A stretch of DNA of 64,000 nucleotides. Source: a virus. Its lineage: Duplodnaviria > Caudoviricetes. The position numbers and the translations under genes were made by a program. The stretch's first letter is position 1, and every line of letters begins with the position of its first letter. The notes beneath the pieces were generated by a model. The model ran no database searches, was not told the DNA's origin, and was given only the letters and a program-made list of their open reading frames with translations. Shown here piece after piece: positions 58,242 through 64,000 of this stretch. Location: the IMG/VR virus record IMGVR_UViG_3300017912_002752; one strand, 5' to 3'.

Positions 58242-61200
58242 TTAGTAAAAGCTACCACTTACGATAGACCTTACTATATAAACATCATCACCACTTTGCC
58301 ATCCATTTGGTTTAAATGTTAATTTACCACCAGTTACCTCAAAGTAACCACTACCTGCTATTAAAGTTCCTTGTGCTCCTATACCACCTTTGTTACCTGC
58401 ATTTCCAGTTATACCTTTATTACCTTGATTACCTTTTGGGCCTGTTGAACCGCTTGGTGCATCTGAACCATCTGCACCTTGAGCACCTTGTCCACCTGTG
58501 TTACCTTTTGAACCTTTATCACCTGCAGCGCCTGTGTTACCTTTTGAACCTTTATCACCTGCAGCGCCTGTTGCACCTGTGTTACCTTTTGAACCTTTAT
58601 TTCCGGCATCGCCTGTTACACCCGTGTTACCTTTAGCTCCCGTAGCTCCACTTGGTGCATCACTTGCATCAGCACCCGTTGCACCTTGTCTACCCGTTGC
58701 ACCAGTTGAACCCTTAGCACCTGCGTTACCTTTATTACCTTTTGAACCTTTAGCACCTGCATCGCCTGTTGCACCTGTATTACCTTTTGAACCTTTTGCA
58801 CCTGCGAGGCCCGTTGCACCTTGGTCACCTTGTGGACCTGTTTGACCACTTGGTGCATCACTTGCATCAGCACCTTGAGCACCTTGTCTACCTGTTGCGC
58901 CTGTTGAACCTTTATTACCTGCGGCGCCTGTGTTTCCTTTTAAACCTTTAGCACCCGCGTTACCTTGAAGACCTGTTGCACCTTGAGCACCTTGGTTACC
59001 TGCAGCACCTTGAGCACCTGTTGCACCTTGAGCACCTGTTGCACCACTTGGAGCATCACCTGCTTCATCGCCGGTTGCACCTTGTCTACCTGTTGCGCCT
59101 GTTGAACCTTTATTACCTGCGGCGCCTGTGTTTCCTTTTGCACCCTTGTTTCCTGCATCGCCTGTTCCACCTGTGTTTCCTTTAGCACCTTTAGCACCTG
59201 CCGAACCTTGAGCACCTTGTGGACCTTGGTCACCTTGTGGACCTGTTGCACCGCTTGGTGCATCTGAACCATCTGCACCTTGAGCACCTTGAGAACCTTT
59301 TCTACCTAAGTTTCCTTTAGAACCTTTAGCACCTGCAACACCTGTATTACCTTGTGTACCTTGTCTACCACCTGCACCTGTCGAACCTTTAGCACCTGCA
59401 TTACCTTGTGGACCTGTTGCACCCTTTTGTCCTTTATCACCAGTTTGACCACTTGGAGCATCGCCGGGTGCTGATGCACCTTGAGCACCTTGGTTACCTT
59501 TTGAACCTTGTCTACCACCTGCGCCTGTTGAACCTTTATTACCTGCTGCACCTTGAGCACCTACTTCACCATCCCTACCTAAATTTCCTTTAGAACCTTT
59601 AGCACCTGCGAGGCCTGTATTTCCTTTTACACCTTGGTTACCTGTATTTCCTTTTGCACCTTTAGCACCTGCGAGGCCGGTTGCACCTGTTGAACCTTGG
59701 TTACCCGTATTTCCTTTTGCACCTTTAGCACCTGCGAGGCCTGTATTTCCTTTTGCACCTTGTCTACCTGTGTTACCTGTTGAACCTTTATTACCTGCGG
59801 CGCCTGTGTTTCCTTTTTGTCCTTTTTGACCCGTATCCCCACTTGGTGCGTCGCCTGGTGCTGATGCCCCTTGAGCACCTTGAACACCTTGTCCACCTGT
59901 GTTACCTTTCGAACCTTTAGCACCTGCGAGGCCTGTATTTCCTTTTGCACCTTGTCTACCACCTGCGCCTGTTGAACCTTTAGCACCTGCGAGGCCTGTA
60001 TTTCCTTTTACACCTTGGTTACCTGTATTTCCTTTTGCACCCTTATTTCCTGCATCGCCTGTTGTACCTTTAGTACCTTTTAGACCAGTTGCGCCTGTAT
60101 TACCTTTTGCACCTTTAGCACCTGCGAGGCCGGTTGCACCTGTTGAACCTTGTCTACCTAAATTTCCTTTAGAACCTTTTGCACCTGCGAGGCCCGTTGC
60201 ACCTGGGTCACCTTGCTCACCATCTACGCCTGTATTACCTTTTGCACCTTTAGCACCTGCGATGCCTGTATTACCTTTTAGACCAGTTGCGCCTGTATTA
60301 CCCTTTGCACCTTTAGCACCTGCTCTACCTTCTGCACCCGTTGGACTTAAACCTGTTGCACCTTTAGCACCTTTAGCACCTGCGAGGCCGGTTGCACCTG
60401 TTGGGCCTGTTGCACCTTGTCTACCTGTGTTACCTTTTGAACCCTTTTTACCTGCGAGGCCTGTTGCGCCTGTTGGACTTGCACCTTGAGCACCTTGGTT
60501 ACCTTTTGCACCTGCGAGGCCGGTTGCGCCTGTTGGGCCCTGTATACCTTGTCTACCTGTTGCACCTTTACCACCTTTAGCACCTGCGAGGCCTGTTGCA
60601 CCTTTGGGACTTGAACCTGTTCGGCCTGTATTACCTTTTGAACCTTTTGCACCTGCAGCACCTGCGGGACTTGCACCTGTTCGGCCTGTTCGGCCTGTAT
60701 TACCTTTTGCACCTTTAGCACCTGCAGCACCTGCGGGACTTGAACCTGTTCGGCCTGTTGCGCCTGTTGCACCAGTTGAACCCTTAGCACCTGCTGCACC
60801 GCCGGGACTTGCACCTGTTCGGCCTGTTCGGCCTGTTGCACCCGTTGAACCTTTTGCACCTGCTGCACCTTTGGGACTTGAACCTGTTCGGCCTGTGTTA
60901 CCTTTTTGACCTTTATTTCCTGAAGCCCCTTTTTGGCCAGTTCGACCTGTGTTACCTTTTGCACCTTTATTACCTGCGGCGCCTGTATTACCTTTAGCAC
61001 CTTTAGCACCTGGTGCACCCGCTGGACCTTGATTTCCTTGAGCACCTTGAGCACCTTGAGCACCAGCTGGTGATGGACCTTGAGAACCTTGAGGACCACT
61101 AAATCCTTGTGCACCAGAAGGACCCCTAGCACCTTTTTGTCCTTTTATACCTTTAGCACCTGTTGAAGAGTCTGAATCACCACACGCGCTACAACTTGAA

Positions 61201-62033
61201 TACCAAGTGTAATTACTTGTATCAAGACATAAGGAAGTCCCATCTGGAATACTTTCATTTACACTACCAAAATTCCAACAAACACTACCAATTAGAGCTA
61301 CATTGTTTGGAACAAAATTTTCAAATGCAAAAGAAGCGGGTCCGTATCCACTACATCTTGGTACATTATTATATTGAACTGAACAATCTTCGTCACCATT
61401 AAGGAAGTTGTGTACTACGAACCTATTTACCATGAATAGGTCAGATTCTTCTACATCAAAACTTCTAACTGGAAACATTCCATAAACTGGCTCGTCTTCA
61501 TTTGTTTCTTCAACACCATTAGTAATTGGTACATATTCAAATGTTTGATTGTCTTCTTTTAATCTTACTAAATGATGGTTTAAAGAATCATCTTCATTTC
61601 CCCACTCAATACCATCTAATTGTTCAAAGTAAACATAATATCCATCTGAATAAGTTCCACCACCATCTTCCCAATTGTAAACTGGCATATTGGTAACTTT
61701 TTGAGCTACCATTATATATTCATCTTCACAAGTACTTAATGAACCTGATGGCGTCTCTAATGTATATACTGTTTTAAAAAGTCGTGTACCTGTTGGTCCA
61801 ACATCTTTAATAACCTCGTTTTCGTTTAATTGAAGAAATGAAAAGTCAGGATTATTTGATACATTAACAAAGCTACCTGTCCAATTTAAAGGTATATCGT
61901 TGTTTTCCGTGTACGGATTACCATTGATACTAATACCTACAATAGAAGAACCTGTTTGAAGTGTACCTATTTCGGCAGTAGAACCTGATAGATTTAATAA
62001 AGTATGTTGAGATTTTAAGAAACCACCTATCAT
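58242..62033 (-). CDS. Collagen-like fibre protein with an N-terminal Hint-like domain and a Cys-rich linker
   Basis: About 930 aa of interrupted Gly-X-Y rich in GAK/GNK/GSK/GQK; N-terminal domain ends FDVEESDLFMVNRFVVHN. Confidence 0.9.
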   Translation of the reverse strand: MIGGFLKSQHTLLNLSGSTAEIGTLQTGSSIVGISINGNPYTENNDIPLNWTGSFVNVSNNPDFSFLQLNENEVIKDVGPTGTRLFKTVYTLETPSGSLSTCEDEYIMVAQKVTNMPVYNWEDGGGTYSDGYYVYFEQLDGIEWGNEDDSLNHHLVRLKEDNQTFEYVPITNGVEETNEDEPVYGMFPVRSFDVEESDLFMVNRFVVHNFLNGDEDCSVQYNNVPRCSGYGPASFAFENFVPNNVALIGSVCWNFGSVNESIPDGTSLCLDTSNYTWYSSCSACGDSDSSTGAKGIKGQKGARGPSGAQGFSGPQGSQGPSPAGAQGAQGAQGNQGPAGAPGAKGAKGNTGAAGNKGAKGNTGRTGQKGASGNKGQKGNTGRTGSSPKGAAGAKGSTGATGRTGRTGASPGGAAGAKGSTGATGATGRTGSSPAGAAGAKGAKGNTGRTGRTGASPAGAAGAKGSKGNTGRTGSSPKGATGLAGAKGGKGATGRQGIQGPTGATGLAGAKGNQGAQGASPTGATGLAGKKGSKGNTGRQGATGPTGATGLAGAKGAKGATGLSPTGAEGRAGAKGAKGNTGATGLKGNTGIAGAKGAKGNTGVDGEQGDPGATGLAGAKGSKGNLGRQGSTGATGLAGAKGAKGNTGATGLKGTKGTTGDAGNKGAKGNTGNQGVKGNTGLAGAKGSTGAGGRQGAKGNTGLAGAKGSKGNTGGQGVQGAQGASAPGDAPSGDTGQKGQKGNTGAAGNKGSTGNTGRQGAKGNTGLAGAKGAKGNTGNQGSTGATGLAGAKGAKGNTGNQGVKGNTGLAGAKGSKGNLGRDGEVGAQGAAGNKGSTGAGGRQGSKGNQGAQGASAPGDAPSGQTGDKGQKGATGPQGNAGAKGSTGAGGRQGTQGNTGVAGAKGSKGNLGRKGSQGAQGADGSDAPSGATGPQGDQGPQGAQGSAGAKGAKGNTGGTGDAGNKGAKGNTGAAGNKGSTGATGRQGATGDEAGDAPSGATGAQGATGAQGAAGNQGAQGATGLQGNAGAKGLKGNTGAAGNKGSTGATGRQGAQGADASDAPSGQTGPQGDQGATGLAGAKGSKGNTGATGDAGAKGSKGNKGNAGAKGSTGATGRQGATGADASDAPSGATGAKGNTGVTGDAGNKGSKGNTGATGAAGDKGSKGNTGAAGDKGSKGNTGGQGAQGADGSDAPSGSTGPKGNQGNKGITGNAGNKGGIGAQGTLIAGSGYFEVTGGKLTFKPNGWQSGDDVYIVRSIVSGSFY

Positions 62034-62052
62034 TGTAACCTTTTATTTTTTC

Positions 62053-64000
62053 TTAAGAAGAACCACTTGTGTACATCAATACAACAAATTTTGTACTTCC
62101 ACTCGTAAATGTTAATAATCCGTCTGTTGCCGAGTATGCAAATCCACCACTTGGACCAATTTCAGGACCGCCTATTACTGTTCCTAATGCATTTGCACCT
62201 TTTTGACCTTTAGAACCGGCAGCACCTTGTGCGCCTGTTGCTCCTTGATTTCCTTGAGCACCTGTAGCTCCTTGAGCACCTTGAATTGTTCCACCCGTTG
62301 CACCTTGAGCACCTTGAGCACCTTGGTCACCTTTTGGACTAGCTCCTTGAGCACCTTGGTCACCTTTAGGACTTGCACCTTGTGCACCTTGAGCACCTGT
62401 ATCACCTTTTGGACTGGCACCTTGAGCACCCGTTGCCCCTTGAGCACCTTTTGCCCCTTGAGCACCTTGAATTGTACCACCTTGAGCACCTTGAGGTCCT
62501 TGAGCTCCTTGAGCACCTTGAGGACTTGCACCTTGAGCACCTTGGTCACCTTTAGGACTTGCACCTTGTGCACCTTGAGCACCTGTATCACCTTTTGGAC
62601 TAGCACCTTGAGCACCCGTTGAACCTTTTGCACCTTTTGCCCCTTGAGCACCTTGAATTGTTCCACCTTGAGCACCTTGAGGTCCTTGAGCTCCTTGAGC
62701 TCCTTGAGGACTTGCACCTTGAGCACCTGTATCACCTTTAGGACTTGAACCTTTTGCACCCGTTGCACCTTGAGCACCTTGAGGACTTGCACCTTGAGCA
62801 CCTTGTGGACCTGTTGCACCTTTTGCACCTTGAGAACCTTGGACTGTACCACCTTGAGCACCTTGAGGTCCTTGTGCACCTTGAGCACCTTGAGGACTTG
62901 CACCTTGAGCACCTTGGTCACCTTTAGGACTTGCACCTTGAGCACCTTGAGCACCTGTATCACCTTTTGGACTTGCACCTTGTGCACCCGTTGAACCTTT
63001 TGCACCTTTTGCACCTGTAGCACCTTGTGCACCTTGTACAGTTCCACCCGTTGCACCTTGAGCACCTTGTGGACCTTGTGCACCTTGAGAACCTTTTGGA
63101 CTAGCACCTTGTGCACCTTGTGCACCTTGAGGTCCTTGAGCACCCTGAGCACCTTGAGGACTTGCACCTTGAGAACCCGTTGCTCCTTGAGCACCTTGTG
63201 GACCTTTTGCACCTTGAGAACCTTGTATATTTGAACCTGCAGCACCTTGAGCACCCGTTGAACCTTGTGGACCTTGAGCACCTTGAGCACCTTGAGGACT
63301 TGAACCTTGAGCCCCTTGTTCACCTTGTGGACCTTGAGAACCTTGAGCACCTTGAGGACTTGAACCTTGAGCCCCTTGAGACCCTTTTGGTCCTTGAGCA
63401 CCTGTATCACCTTTAGGACTTGCACCTTGAGCACCTTGAGCTCCTTGTGGACCTTGTGCACCTGTATCACCTTTTGGACTAGCACCTTGTGCACCTTGAG
63501 ACCCTTTTGGTCCTTGTGCACCTTGAGCACCTTGAGGACTTGCACCTTGAGCACCTTGATTACCCGTTGAACCTTTTGCACCTTGAGAACCTTGTATATT
63601 TGAACCTGCAGCACCTTGAGCTCCTTGTGGACCTTGTGCACCTGTATCACCTTTTGGACTAGCACCTTGAGCACCTTGAGCACCTACTTCACCTTGAGCA
63701 CCTTGAGCACCTTGAGGACTTGAACCTTGAGCGCCTTGAGACCCTTTTGGTCCTTGAGCACCTGTATCACCTTTAGGACTTGCACCTTGAGCACCTTGGT
63801 CACCTTGGTTACCCTGCGGTCCTTGTGCACCTTGGTCACCTTTTGGACTGGCACCTTGAGCACCTTGAGCACCTTGAGGTCCTTGAGCACCTTGAGACCC
63901 TTTTGGACTGGCACCTTGAGCACCTTGAGCACCTACTTCACCTTGTGGACCTTGAGCACCTTGGTCACCTTTAGGACTTGAACCTTGTGCACCTTGAGCA
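62053..64000 (-). CDS. Collagen-like fibre protein (5' end outside the window)
   Basis: Not in the ORF track because it has no start in the window. The frame is open from 64000 to TAA at 62055-62053: (GAQ)n with GASP(K/Q) interruptions, ending [31 protein letters not shown]. Confidence 0.9.
   Translation of the reverse strand, partial: AQGAQGSSPKGDQGAQGPQGEVGAQGAQGASPKGSQGAQGPQGAQGAQGASPKGDQGAQGPQGNQGDQGAQGASPKGDTGAQGPKGSQGAQGSSPQGAQGAQGEVGAQGAQGASPKGDTGAQGPQGAQGAAGSNIQGSQGAKGSTGNQGAQGASPQGAQGAQGPKGSQGAQGASPKGDTGAQGPQGAQGAQGASPKGDTGAQGPKGSQGAQGSSPQGAQGSQGPQGEQGAQGSSPQGAQGAQGPQGSTGAQGAAGSNIQGSQGAKGPQGAQGATGSQGASPQGAQGAQGPQGAQGAQGASPKGSQGAQGPQGAQGATGGTVQGAQGATGAKGAKGSTGAQGASPKGDTGAQGAQGASPKGDQGAQGASPQGAQGAQGPQGAQGGTVQGSQGAKGATGPQGAQGASPQGAQGATGAKGSSPKGDTGAQGASPQGAQGAQGPQGAQGGTIQGAQGAKGAKGSTGAQGASPKGDTGAQGAQGASPKGDQGAQGASPQGAQGAQGPQGAQGGTIQGAQGAKGAQGATGAQGASPKGDTGAQGAQGASPKGDQGAQGASPKGDQGAQGAQGATGGTIQGAQGATGAQGNQGATGAQGAAGSKGQKGANALGTVIGGPEIGPSGGFAYSATDGLLTFTSGSTKFVVLMYTSGSS

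Noticed and set aside
61407-62033. A canonical splicing intein
   Set aside because: There is no N-terminal Cys/Ser, no block B His, the +1 residue is Phe and there is essentially no N-extein.
58316-63981. Many ORF-track entries with [18 protein letters not shown] or APVAP repeats, including the 499-aa ORF at 62184-63683
   Set aside because: These are shadow frames of the GGTGCTCAA/GGTGCTAAA collagen codon repeats; the Gly-X-Y frame is the real one.
1-64000. Cellular or giant-virus (NCLDV) origin suggested by collagen, PLOD-like and GT29 genes
   Set aside because: Sheath, tube, neck and baseplate genes, bacterial-type promoters and terminators, and overlapping operons indicate a tailed bacteriophage.
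1-64000. tRNA/rRNA genes or stop-codon reassignment
   Set aside because: No cloverleaf or rRNA-like segment was seen in the short intergenic gaps; genes are intact in the standard code and use TAA, TAG and TGA as stops.

Overview
A 64-kb segment of a large, AT-rich, T4-like (contractile-tailed) dsDNA bacteriophage genome. Essentially all genes are on the - strand. In transcription order (right to left) it holds: (i) two collagen-like fibre genes, one with an N-terminal Hint-like domain, followed directly by a 2OG-Fe(II) hydroxylase, a GT2 and a GT4/PLOD-type lysyl-hydroxylase fusion, which together look like a phage collagen-modification cassette; (ii) neck, tail terminator, sheath, tube, chaperone (possible frameshift), tape measure and baseplate genes; (iii) a replication and nucleotide-metabolism module with a PolA-like protein, SSB, RecA/UvsX, 5'-3' exonuclease, helicase, NrdAB, thioredoxin, PolB, clamp and clamp loader, interleaved with two Mom-like genes, a DruA/DUF4338-like gene and a GT/glf/oxygenase trio; (iv) a ~13-kb glycan-biosynthesis island with an aldolase-KdsB fusion, a GT29 sialyltransferase-like gene, Ugd and several GTs. 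Eight exact TTTG-N20-TAnnTTWR promoters point to a Bacteroidota/FCB host, and a second motif, TATTTATA, precedes mainly late genes. All calls come from motif recognition by eye; no database searches were run. No tRNA, rRNA or CRISPR array was seen.
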